Shown piece by piece: positions 17,211 through 25,816 of a stretch of 32,554 bases of DNA; within the stretch, counting starts at the first letter, position 1; each line of letters opens with the position of its first letter. The position numbers and the translations under genes are program-made. The DNA comes from Spirochaetota bacterium (GTDB taxonomy: Bacteria; Spirochaetota; GWE2-31-10; JAFGQB01), in NCBI GenBank assembly GCA_016935915.1, contig JAFGQB010000116.1:1-32554 (forward strand), given 5' to 3'. Under the pieces are notes generated by a model. It did no database searches, was not told where the DNA came from, and saw only the letters and a list, made by a program, of their open reading frames with translations.

Positions 17211-17447
17211 AATGATTAAATTTATAGTATAATAATATTCAAAGAAATTAAATATTATTTTAAAAAGTAAAAAAATTTTGCTGTTTTTTTAAAATTTCTA
17301 TTTTGTATTATATCAAAACAGCAAGGATCGCTGGTTTTATTATTGCTGAGTTAAACAAACGGTCATTTTTTTTACGATTTTTATAGATAAAATCAACATT
17401 GATTTTAAATTTATTTTAATTTAATAAAAAGATTTCTGGAAATTATT

Positions 17448-17681
17448 ATGATTAAAAAAGAAGTTATTGATATAATAAGTACCGTTACAAGAATTGATAA
17501 GGAAAAGATAAAAGATAATTCTTCTTTGAGAGATGATCTTTTTGTTGATTCACTTCAGGCTGTTCAAATTGTAAATCTGATTCAGGATAAATATAATATA
17601 AAAATCGATGAAATAGAAATATTTAATGTTGATAATCTTACAGATATTGTTGCTATAGTTAATGAATATTTAGAGAAATAA
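17448..17681 (+). CDS. Acyl carrier protein
   Basis: 77 aa with the phosphopantetheine attachment motif LRDDLFVDSLQAVQIV (DSL serine), acidic helix II and ACP-typical length. Confidence 0.85.
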   Translation: MIKKEVIDIISTVTRIDKEKIKDNSSLRDDLFVDSLQAVQIVNLIQDKYNIKIDEIEIFNVDNLTDIVAIVNEYLEK

Positions 17682-17727
17682 CATTTTTATTAATATTATC
17701 ATATTGATTAAAGTAATTTCATAAAAT

Positions 17728-19392
17728 TTATAGTTCGGGAATTAAAATTTCATTTATAAATTTTTCATCCGGAATGCTATCAGGAAAACCCATTGTTTTT
17801 GCAATTTTATTTAGTGTAACTTTTATTTGATCAATGCTTTTTTTTTCCATTAGCTGAACAGTCAGAATATTTCTGAATTTAAATATTTCTTTTAATGTAT
17901 CCTTATTGAATCTTCTGTTGAAATAAACACTTTCATCATTATAGTGATATGATTTATTAATATTTTTAAATATATAGTAAGAATACTTAATACTTTTTTT
18001 ATAATCCATGGTTTTATGCTTCCATTTTTTAAACATACCATTTAATTCCCATTTTTTCCTTATTTCCGACAGAGATAGGTAGCTTAATGGAAGAACTATT
18101 AATGGATAAAGCTGAACAGAAGGGGAGGATTGTGCGATTTCAAGCTTATTGATAAATTGAATTGTATTTTCTATTGTTTTGTTGTTTTCACCGGGGTATC
18201 CGATCAGAAACGTCATTAAAACTGTAATACCGAATTTATCCAATAATTCAATACCCTTTTTTATATCATGTAAATCCTGTTTTTTATTCATTCGATTCAA
18301 TTGTCCTTTATCGCCGGATTCGACGCCAATATACGAATAAAAAAGACCGGAATTTTTAATGTTTTTTATATTATTTTCAGTTATGGATGATGCTCTCATG
18401 AAACCTGCCCAGGCTGTTACTTTACATTCAATAAATGTATCAGTGATTTCATCTATTCTTTTTTTATTAAAAAACACGTTGTCATCAACAACATGAATCA
18501 AAGGCATTATGTTTTTTTTTCTTGATACATTATTTATCAGATTCAGCTCTTTTTTTATGCTTTTTTTTGATCTTAAGAATAATTTTGGATAGAGATAGCA
18601 AAAATTGCAATATCCGCATTTATATGGACAACCTATTGAAGTTCTGATAGGAATTCTATCAGGTATTTCATCCAGTAATTCCCAATTGGTAAAATCTTCA
18701 TTATAATTGATATTTTCAGTAATGAATTTATTAATTATAAAATCTCCTTTTTCATTTGGTATCGCTATATTATAAAAACTGCTAAAATCCCTTTTGCTTT
18801 TATCCAGTTCGATTAATAGATTTAAAAGAATATTTAAGCCATGCTGGGAAATAATTAAAAAATCCAATTTTATATCTTTATAATTCAGAGGAAATAGGGA
18901 ATAATTTTGATCAATTTTATAATTTAAGTTGTTGTATTTTAATATTGAATTATAATGATTGTTCCATAAAAAACTGTTATAGATAAAAATACCTCCGGCT
19001 ATTATATATGTTTCCGGAAATTTTTCTTTAAGTAAGTTCACTGTATTCTTTAGAGTTTCTCTTTTAAATATCATTGTAGTAGAAATGCAGATAGCAAAAG
19101 GATTTATTTTAATTATTTTTTCTATTGTATATTCAGAAAGATTATTTATTAAAATTGCATTATAGCCTTTTTCTTTTAATTTACTCGTTAAATAATAGCC
19201 TGATGCCGGCATGGTAACAGTAGAATAATTTTTAATTTTTCTTAATTCATTTAAATTATATTTGAATTTAATTATTTCATAAAGGTTTTGTAATGTAAGT
19301 TCTCTTTCATCTGATTTTAATTTTAATATAAGATCAAGATCATTATTTTTATCTATTGTTATTGGTGCAAATATAATTATGGTTTTTTTCAT
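17728..19392 (-). CDS. B12-binding-domain radical SAM protein (class B rSAM)
   Basis: 554 aa. Radical-SAM cysteine triad CPYKCGYCNF (CxxxCxxC) at about aa 255. It is preceded by a ~240-aa N-terminal region with a Rossmann-like cobalamin-binding-domain pattern (IIIFAPIT..., TMPASGYYLTSKLKEKGYNAILINN). The long C-terminal extension is typical of class B methyltransferase-like rSAMs. Confidence 0.7.
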   Translation of the reverse strand: MKKTIIIFAPITIDKNNDLDLILKLKSDERELTLQNLYEIIKFKYNLNELRKIKNYSTVTMPASGYYLTSKLKEKGYNAILINNLSEYTIEKIIKINPFAICISTTMIFKRETLKNTVNLLKEKFPETYIIAGGIFIYNSFLWNNHYNSILKYNNLNYKIDQNYSLFPLNYKDIKLDFLIISQHGLNILLNLLIELDKSKRDFSSFYNIAIPNEKGDFIINKFITENINYNEDFTNWELLDEIPDRIPIRTSIGCPYKCGYCNFCYLYPKLFLRSKKSIKKELNLINNVSRKKNIMPLIHVVDDNVFFNKKRIDEITDTFIECKVTAWAGFMRASSITENNIKNIKNSGLFYSYIGVESGDKGQLNRMNKKQDLHDIKKGIELLDKFGITVLMTFLIGYPGENNKTIENTIQFINKLEIAQSSPSVQLYPLIVLPLSYLSLSEIRKKWELNGMFKKWKHKTMDYKKSIKYSYYIFKNINKSYHYNDESVYFNRRFNKDTLKEIFKFRNILTVQLMEKKSIDQIKVTLNKIAKTMGFPDSIPDEKFINEILIPEL

Positions 19393-19559
19393 AATTTATT
19401 TCTTATTTATCTTATATTATAATTAATTTTTTTAAAATAATAAATATTTATTAAATATTATATTAATGGAAAATAAAAATTTGAAATTATTTAAAATATT
19501 TACTATATTATATTATATAAATTATTTTTTTCATTACAAAGATAATATATTTTTTTAAT

Positions 19560-22061
19560 ATGCAAAAAAATGAGAATAAGATTTCTATAAAAAGTTCAAT
19601 GAAATTCAATGAATTTGAAGCTAAAAAACAGGAATTAAATTGCGGCGTCAATATTATTCCTGTTATTAGGTTTTTAGAAAAAAATTTCGGGATGAATAAA
19701 ACAATAAATATTGTTGAATCTCTCGGATTGCCTTTAAGTTTTTTATCTAATAAGCGAAATTGGGTATCGTATAGCTATTATTCTTCATTGCTTGACAAGC
19801 TGGTAGAGGTAACAGAAGATAAAAGAGCTCCTTTTAAGATTGCCTCTGTTTTACGTCCTGAGTCAATTTTCGATGATATAATGTATGCAGGATATGCTTC
19901 AATATTTTTCAGTAATCCTAAAATTATGTATAAGTCAATAATCAGTAAAAATATATATAAGACTTATCAGAAAATCGGGGATTTTAATCTTTTAAATGAA
20001 ACAAAGAATTCTATTTCATTTGAATATATTTTAAAGAATAACTATAAACATAAAAATAATAATTGTATTGCTATTGAGGGGTATTTATCATTTGGAGCCT
20101 TAATATGCGGGTATCCGCCTGCCTCTACTTCCTATCAGATAACTTCGGACAACAGATGTATATTCACTGTATCATGGGAAAAGAAGTCCAAATTATTTGA
20201 AATTGTTTTTTTTACATTATTTTCAATAGTTTTTGTTTCAGAAATTCTTCTATATAAGAAAATATTTTTGTTAAAAGATATAATGTTAAGCACCTTTATT
20301 TTTTTTGCAATATATTTTTTTGTAAAAAACATGCAATTTAAGAAAAAAATCACTCATGAAGAAATTTTTAATTTTGACCGAAATAATTCAATTTTAAATG
20401 CATTATCGAAGATTGAAAAGGATTATAATGATTTACTTGAAAAAGAAATAAAAATAATGGAAAGAAATACATATTTGACTATTATGAGTGAGGCTAGGAA
20501 ATTGATTTATTATGCATTATACTTCACTCCTGTTCTTTTTAATATTACAAAACTGCTACTGGATAATTTAAATTTCGTTAAATGCGTATATTTTGAATTC
20601 AGTTTGAAAAAAAGGTCTTATGAATACCTGTTTGATTTAAATAATGAAAAAATAGTAACAGAGGATATAAAAGCTGTAAGTTTTATTAATTTTATTATGT
20701 CCGGTGAAATAATTGAATATATTCAAAAAAGTAATAATTATATGAATATTGAAACCAATGATTTAAAAAAATATATTATAGATAAACCGATAAATTTTAA
20801 TTTAGATTTATTCAATAAATATTACGCTAATATTCTGTTCATAGATATGCCTTCAACATACAGCGGCTTTTTTTTATTTTTTTCCTTAAAAAAAAGCAAT
20901 TTCAGCCGAGAAATCATAAAGATGTTATTTGAAGATATTTCTGATCAGTTAAAAATTTGTTATGAAAATATTTCAACAAGGTACACTATTGAAAATATTT
21001 TATCTAGCATACCAAGTTATGTAATTATTTTCAATACTGAAGATTATACGATAAAATTTATTAATAATTTATTTTTAACATCATTCCCGTTGATAGAGAA
21101 AAAGATAGATAAGCTTGATGTAATCGGCAAGAAATTATTTACTGTTTTACATTTTAATCAGGATGTCATTGATAATATTCAAAATTATATAAATGAAATT
21201 ACTATTAATAATATTGAGGATTTAAAATCTGAAGTTTATGAAACCATGATTAATAATTTTGTTTTTGAATACAGTTTATTCAGAATACCCAGATTTAAAA
21301 ACCAGGAAAAATTATTAGGGCTAATAATGAATGATATTACTGAAGCAAAATATTTTCAGAAAAATATTATTGTAAATGAGAAATTATTGGCATTAGGTAA
21401 GGTCGCTAGCGGCATAGCACATGAAATAAATAATCCACTTTATGCTGTTTTAGCCAGTGCAGAAGAAATATCAGAAAATGAAAGCATAGACAATGAGACA
21501 AGAGATTATGCGGAAGAAATAATTAATCATGTTATTAGTGTTTCAAATATTATTAAAGATTTATCTTCATTTTCAAAGACTTTAAGAAAAGAAGAAACTT
21601 ATGAAGTTGATCTTAATAATGTTATAGAGGAGTCATTAAAATTGGTTAAATACAGCTCGAATTATCTTGAAATAAATATCATTAAAAATTTAGGTGAAAT
21701 ACCTTTAATTAAAACGACTAAAGGTGAGATGCAGCAGGTATTTATTAATATATTTAATAATGCAGTACAGGCAATGAATGGAAGAGGTACGTTAAATGTT
21801 GAGACAAAAAATAAAAGCAATAGGATTATAATTGTAATTAAAGATACGGGATCAGGGATATCAAAAGAGAATTTACCTTTTATTTTTGATTTGTATTTTA
21901 CTACAAAAAATCTTGAAGAAGGTTCTGGTCAGGGATTACATATTGTTAAAAAAATAATTACAAAATACAATGGGGATATAAAAGTCACAAGTAAAATCGG
22001 TAAAGGCTCGGTTTTTCATATAACATTTTATTTGGATAGAATGGGAGTATTTAATGAATAA
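19560..22061 (+). CDS. Sensor histidine kinase with an unrecognised ~200-aa N-terminal cytoplasmic domain, two TM helices and a C-terminal HisKA + HATPase_c
   Basis: 833 aa. H-box LALGKVASGIAHEINNPLYAV. N-box FINIFNNAVQAM. G1 IKDTGSGIS. G2 GSGQGLHIVKKII. TM pair around aa 210-260 (IVFFTLFSIVFVSEILLY / LSTFIFFAIYFFV). The N-terminal 200 aa match no domain recognised by eye. Confidence 0.85.
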   Translation: MQKNENKISIKSSMKFNEFEAKKQELNCGVNIIPVIRFLEKNFGMNKTINIVESLGLPLSFLSNKRNWVSYSYYSSLLDKLVEVTEDKRAPFKIASVLRPESIFDDIMYAGYASIFFSNPKIMYKSIISKNIYKTYQKIGDFNLLNETKNSISFEYILKNNYKHKNNNCIAIEGYLSFGALICGYPPASTSYQITSDNRCIFTVSWEKKSKLFEIVFFTLFSIVFVSEILLYKKIFLLKDIMLSTFIFFAIYFFVKNMQFKKKITHEEIFNFDRNNSILNALSKIEKDYNDLLEKEIKIMERNTYLTIMSEARKLIYYALYFTPVLFNITKLLLDNLNFVKCVYFEFSLKKRSYEYLFDLNNEKIVTEDIKAVSFINFIMSGEIIEYIQKSNNYMNIETNDLKKYIIDKPINFNLDLFNKYYANILFIDMPSTYSGFFLFFSLKKSNFSREIIKMLFEDISDQLKICYENISTRYTIENILSSIPSYVIIFNTEDYTIKFINNLFLTSFPLIEKKIDKLDVIGKKLFTVLHFNQDVIDNIQNYINEITINNIEDLKSEVYETMINNFVFEYSLFRIPRFKNQEKLLGLIMNDITEAKYFQKNIIVNEKLLALGKVASGIAHEINNPLYAVLASAEEISENESIDNETRDYAEEIINHVISVSNIIKDLSSFSKTLRKEETYEVDLNNVIEESLKLVKYSSNYLEINIIKNLGEIPLIKTTKGEMQQVFINIFNNAVQAMNGRGTLNVETKNKSNRIIIVIKDTGSGISKENLPFIFDLYFTTKNLEEGSGQGLHIVKKIITKYNGDIKVTSKIGKGSVFHITFYLDRMGVFNE

Positions 22062-22425
22062 TTTATTTAAAAGTATATTGGTCATTGATGATGATCAGTT
22101 AATATTAAAAAGTATAAAAAAACAGCTTAAAGATGAGAATTTTGATGTTGATTTTATTGATGATCCTTTGGAAGGGATGAAAATGATCGACAATAAAAAA
22201 TATGATTTGATATTAAGCGATATTAAGATGAAGCCAATCTTGGGAATAGAAGTACTTGAAAAGGTTAAAAAAAGATATCCTCATTTGCCTATAATAATAA
22301 TAACCGGATATGTTGATGATAAACTAATGAAAAAAGCTAAGGAATTAGGCTGCAATGATTATTTAATTAAACCAATTAGAAAGAATGATCTTATTAATTC
22401 TTTAAATAATATTTTAAATAATTAG
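22054..22425 (+). CDS. Single-domain response regulator (CheY-like), translationally coupled to the kinase
   Basis: 123 aa. ILVIDDD, phospho-acceptor Asp in LILSDIKM, T in IIIITG, K in YLIKP. The start overlaps the kinase stop by 8 nt. Confidence 0.85.
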   Translation: MNNLFKSILVIDDDQLILKSIKKQLKDENFDVDFIDDPLEGMKMIDNKKYDLILSDIKMKPILGIEVLEKVKKRYPHLPIIIITGYVDDKLMKKAKELGCNDYLIKPIRKNDLINSLNNILNN

Positions 22426-22488
22426 CTTTCCGATTATTTTTTAGTTATAAATATAGACAAAAAATTATTTATTAATCAGAAATGTTTT

Positions 22489-23274
22489 TTATTTCAGTAA
22501 TTCATCTAATTCAATAGCTTTATATTTTTTGAATTTCCAGAGAAATTTAAAGCTTATTGCATTTTCTGGGCAATATATCATACATCTCTGGCACAGCTGA
22601 CATTTATCAAGATATATTGGGTAATCATTCATAATTATATTTTGAACAGGGCAAAGATTTATACAAATACCGCACTTTGTACATCTGTTTTTATCGATTT
22701 TATATCTTTTACCTAATTCATTAGATTTTTTTAATAAAAAGGAAGAAGATGATACTTTATGAAGCATATAAGGTAATAATGGTATATTAATCCATTTTGA
22801 TTTATTATTTATTAATTCATAGGTATATTTTTCGGCTTTTTTTAAACCTTTTGCAATTTTAATTTTATTTTTTTTGACATTTATTTTTTGCGGATAAAGA
22901 TTGTTCGGCATAATAATTTCTTTTGCACCAATAGTATTATAACCTTTGTTTTTAAATATTTGTTTTAAAGGGCCTACAATACCACCTGAAAATAAATGCA
23001 GAGTATCAACCATAAAAATTATTGTTTTTTTCCTTGTTGCAGGCATCTTATATATAAAATCCCATATAAATTTATATGTTGATTGAAAAGCAACAGGGAA
23101 AGCTAAACCAATTGTGTTTTTTAAATTTATTTTTTCTGGATTAGATTTTTCAATTTTATAAAGATTGGTTTTAAAATTATTTGCATTAAAGCAATCCTTC
23201 ATTTTATCCACAATTAATTTTGTATTGCCTGTACCGGAAAAGTAATAAATATCAATATTTGTCATCTTATACAT
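22489..23274 (-). CDS. EFR1-family ferredoxin (flavodoxin-like domain + 2x[4Fe-4S] ferredoxin domain)
   Basis: The N-terminus IYYFSGTGNTKLIV is a flavodoxin-like FMN-site motif. The C-terminus has two CxxCxxCxxxCP clusters: CTKCGICINLCP and CQLCQRCMIYCP. Confidence 0.75.
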   Translation of the reverse strand: MYKMTNIDIYYFSGTGNTKLIVDKMKDCFNANNFKTNLYKIEKSNPEKINLKNTIGLAFPVAFQSTYKFIWDFIYKMPATRKKTIIFMVDTLHLFSGGIVGPLKQIFKNKGYNTIGAKEIIMPNNLYPQKINVKKNKIKIAKGLKKAEKYTYELINNKSKWINIPLLPYMLHKVSSSSFLLKKSNELGKRYKIDKNRCTKCGICINLCPVQNIIMNDYPIYLDKCQLCQRCMIYCPENAISFKFLWKFKKYKAIELDELLK

Positions 23275-23294
23275 AAATATAATAAATCATTATA

Positions 23295-23618
23295 TTAAAT
23301 TTTAAATCTATCTGTTTTAGCATTTATGATTTTTTTAATAAAAATTATTTGTTCTGGATTTATATCGTTAAATTTTACCCCAGTTTTAAAATTTTTTGAA
23401 TTCATAACTTCACAATTTAATATTATTTCTTCAGAATTTAATATAATTTTTAATTGAATTATTTCATTATTTTGGAAATTATGATTTGTATTTAAACCAG
23501 CTCCATCTAAATTTATATCAATTACATAACATTGTTCCCAATTTTCATGATAAAAATATGATCCCTCAATATTTATAAGAAATCTAGGTTTTTTACGTTG
23601 TGCTTCTGTAAATGACAT
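23295..23618 (-). CDS. Stand-alone PilZ-domain protein (putative c-di-GMP receptor)
   Basis: 107 aa. RKKPR (RxxxR) at aa 8-12 and DINLDGAG (D/N-x-[S/N]-x-x-G-like) about 22 aa downstream. The N-terminal pattern QRKKPRFLINIE parallels KRRVPRFDIKFE in the PilZ-like domain of the Spt-like protein at 10829. The third motif position is N rather than the canonical S. Confidence 0.45.
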   Translation of the reverse strand: MSFTEAQRKKPRFLINIEGSYFYHENWEQCYVIDINLDGAGLNTNHNFQNNEIIQLKIILNSEEIILNCEVMNSKNFKTGVKFNDINPEQIIFIKKIINAKTDRFKI

Positions 23619-24226
23619 TATTGCTCCTGATTATCAATTTTAAAAATTAACTTAATATTTTCCTTTGTGATATTTCCAGCTTGAGGTTTATTCATATCAT
23701 TTCTTGAAAAATAACTGATCCAGTAAAATATATCATATTCTATCAAAATTTTGTCGTCAAAAGAAACTTTAATTAATTTTATCTTATTTTCTGAAATAAT
23801 TCTATTAAAATTATCAATAAGTTCATATGGAAAAACAAATATTAGATTTTTATTACTGTATAGTTTATTAAATAATATAAAAGTTTCAATAATACTGTCT
23901 ATTCTATATTTGACCATTTTTAAATAACCTGAATAGGCGTCATCAACAGCATTATCAAATTCATAGTAGTTAAAATTGATGATGGTTTTTGTCAATATTA
24001 TTGAGTCATTGACTTTATCGTGTGTATAAACAGGTTCAATATTTTCAAATAATTTTTTTAAAACCTGATTTGATATTATTGATTTATTAAAATGAAGGTC
24101 TTTGTTATGAAAGAAAAAAAGGTGGAATATTTCTTTTTTTTCTTTTGTATAAAGTTCTTTATCTATATCATTTAAATTAAGTTCATTAATTGAATAAAAA
24201 ATAATTAGTATTTCTTTATTTTGCAT
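23618..24226 (-). CDS. Hypothetical protein (202 aa), stop/start-overlapped with the PilZ gene
   Basis: ORF in an operon-like arrangement between the Fe-ADH-like gene and the PilZ gene. No motifs recognised. Confidence 0.45.
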   Translation of the reverse strand: MQNKEILIIFYSINELNLNDIDKELYTKEKKEIFHLFFFHNKDLHFNKSIISNQVLKKLFENIEPVYTHDKVNDSIILTKTIINFNYYEFDNAVDDAYSGYLKMVKYRIDSIIETFILFNKLYSNKNLIFVFPYELIDNFNRIISENKIKLIKVSFDDKILIEYDIFYWISYFSRNDMNKPQAGNITKENIKLIFKIDNQEQ

Positions 24227-24238
24227 TATTTTTTACTA

Positions 24239-25390
24239 TTAATATGAGGACAGTAATATTTCATATAACTCTTCTGAACTGCAGGTTCTTGGAATATAAT
24301 TGAACATTTCTAATTGTCTCGCATCATCGGCAATTGAAATTAAATCATCCTTTTTTAATCCAAACTCCTCTAATCTTGTGGGAAGTTGCAATTCTATGAT
24401 CATTTTTCTTATTTTTTCAACTGCTTTTATTGATGCTTCAACTGTACTTAAATTGGAAATATCCTGCCCTAAATTTTCTGCAATTTTAACTAATTTAACC
24501 GGGACAGACGTAATATTATAATCCATTATATGCGGTAATAAAACTGAGATTGAAAGGGATTTATGTATCCTGTATTTACCGCTTAAAACAAATGAAACTG
24601 CTGCTGCTATTCCTGTACTTGCCATATTCAAGCCCAAACAGGTTAATAATCCACCTAATCCCAGATTTGCTCTTGAATTAATATCTTCAGCCATGTTTAC
24701 TGCATTGAAAATGTTTTCATTAAACAATTTTATAGCAGTTAAAAATAATGTATCAGATAAAAAATTTGATTTTGTGGAAATATAACCTTCTATCGCATTT
24801 GCAAGTGCATATATAATTGTTGTTGCCGTAAATCTTCTTGGAAGGGTAGTTGTTATCATTGGATCAAATAAAACATATTTAGTAGTACCTTCTTTAACAT
24901 TTAAAATAACGCTATTTCTGTCTTTAGCATTTACTAAATATAATTGATCCTTAAACATAAAAGGATTTCTTGGAGTAGATGGTATTTCAATGTAAGGCAA
25001 TGAATCTGCACTAGGAGTTCTTGATTTGTCTATATAATCATTTATTGATCCTTTATTGGCTGAGAGCATGGCAATTGCTTTTGCTATCGACAGCGTTCTT
25101 ATTCCGCCAATTCCAACGATAACGTTGGCATAAGATGATCGTGCAAGTTCGCTGCCATAATCAACGATATCGCTCATTGCATTTGGAACAACTTCATCAA
25201 AAATCAATACCTGACAATCTTTTTTTTCAATAAGTTCAGAAACTCTTTTGATGGTTCCGGACTCATGCAGTATTCCTTCTGTTACAATGATTGCTTTACT
25301 GCCGAATTCTGAAACAAGATTGCCAATCCTATTGATTACATCAACACCGAATTTTAAAGCTGCTTGAATTGAATAATCAAAACTTGTCAA
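24239..25390 (-). CDS. Iron-containing alcohol dehydrogenase (Fe-ADH/DHQS-like) family protein with degenerate metal and NAD sites
   Basis: 383 aa, collinear with Fe-ADHs: GIGGIRTLSIAKAIA (compare GGGSxxDxxK), YALANAIEGYIS (compare FucO DALTHAIEGYIT, where both the Asp and His metal ligands are replaced by Y and N), and VLLPHIMDYN (one His retained). The HG..H block is absent. Confidence 0.6.
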   Translation of the reverse strand: MTSFDYSIQAALKFGVDVINRIGNLVSEFGSKAIIVTEGILHESGTIKRVSELIEKKDCQVLIFDEVVPNAMSDIVDYGSELARSSYANVIVGIGGIRTLSIAKAIAMLSANKGSINDYIDKSRTPSADSLPYIEIPSTPRNPFMFKDQLYLVNAKDRNSVILNVKEGTTKYVLFDPMITTTLPRRFTATTIIYALANAIEGYISTKSNFLSDTLFLTAIKLFNENIFNAVNMAEDINSRANLGLGGLLTCLGLNMASTGIAAAVSFVLSGKYRIHKSLSISVLLPHIMDYNITSVPVKLVKIAENLGQDISNLSTVEASIKAVEKIRKMIIELQLPTRLEEFGLKKDDLISIADDARQLEMFNYIPRTCSSEELYEILLSSY

Positions 25391-25410
25391 AATCTTCCCC
25401 TTTTTTTAAG

Positions 25411-25440
25411 AAAAAAAAACGGAGTTATAAATACTCCGTT
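25411..25440 (-). terminator. Rho-independent terminator downstream of flgM (minus strand)
   Basis: Hairpin aacggagt-tataaat-actccgtt (25419-25440). On the minus strand it is followed by a 9-nt U-run (plus-strand A9 at 25411-25419). It sits between the flgM stop (25464) and the Fe-ADH-like start (25390). Confidence 0.7.
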
Positions 25441-25463
25441 TTAAAAATTTATTATTTAATAAT

Positions 25464-25748
25464 TCATAATTTAAAAAAGTCTATTAATTTATCAGCAACT
25501 GCACCAGTTACTGTTTCATTTATATAATCAGGATCATTGATTTTTTCTTTCAACATTTTAATCTTATCTGCTCTAACGTCCGGAGTATTATTTAATATTT
25601 CAATAATTTTATTGGTTTCAGCCATATTTAATGCTTCTTTTGAAATATTAACAGAATCTGACGATGTTGATTTATCTATTGGGCTTTTTTTATTAATTTT
25701 TTCATATCTGTTATAGTTGTTAATAGGACCAATTTTATCTATTCCCAT
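25464..25748 (-). CDS. flgM: Anti-sigma-28 factor FlgM
   Basis: 94 aa. Disordered Ser-rich N-terminus. The conserved C-terminal FlgM block is RADKIKMLKEKINDPDYINETVTGAVADKLIDFF (V/R..K....K..I..G.Y.vd...iA.kl). Confidence 0.75.
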   Translation of the reverse strand: MGIDKIGPINNYNRYEKINKKSPIDKSTSSDSVNISKEALNMAETNKIIEILNNTPDVRADKIKMLKEKINDPDYINETVTGAVADKLIDFFKL

Positions 25749-25816
25749 AATCTACCACCTTCCTCTAATATTATCGGTTTACTAAATATTAACTTGATAA
25801 TATTTTAATATTTTTT

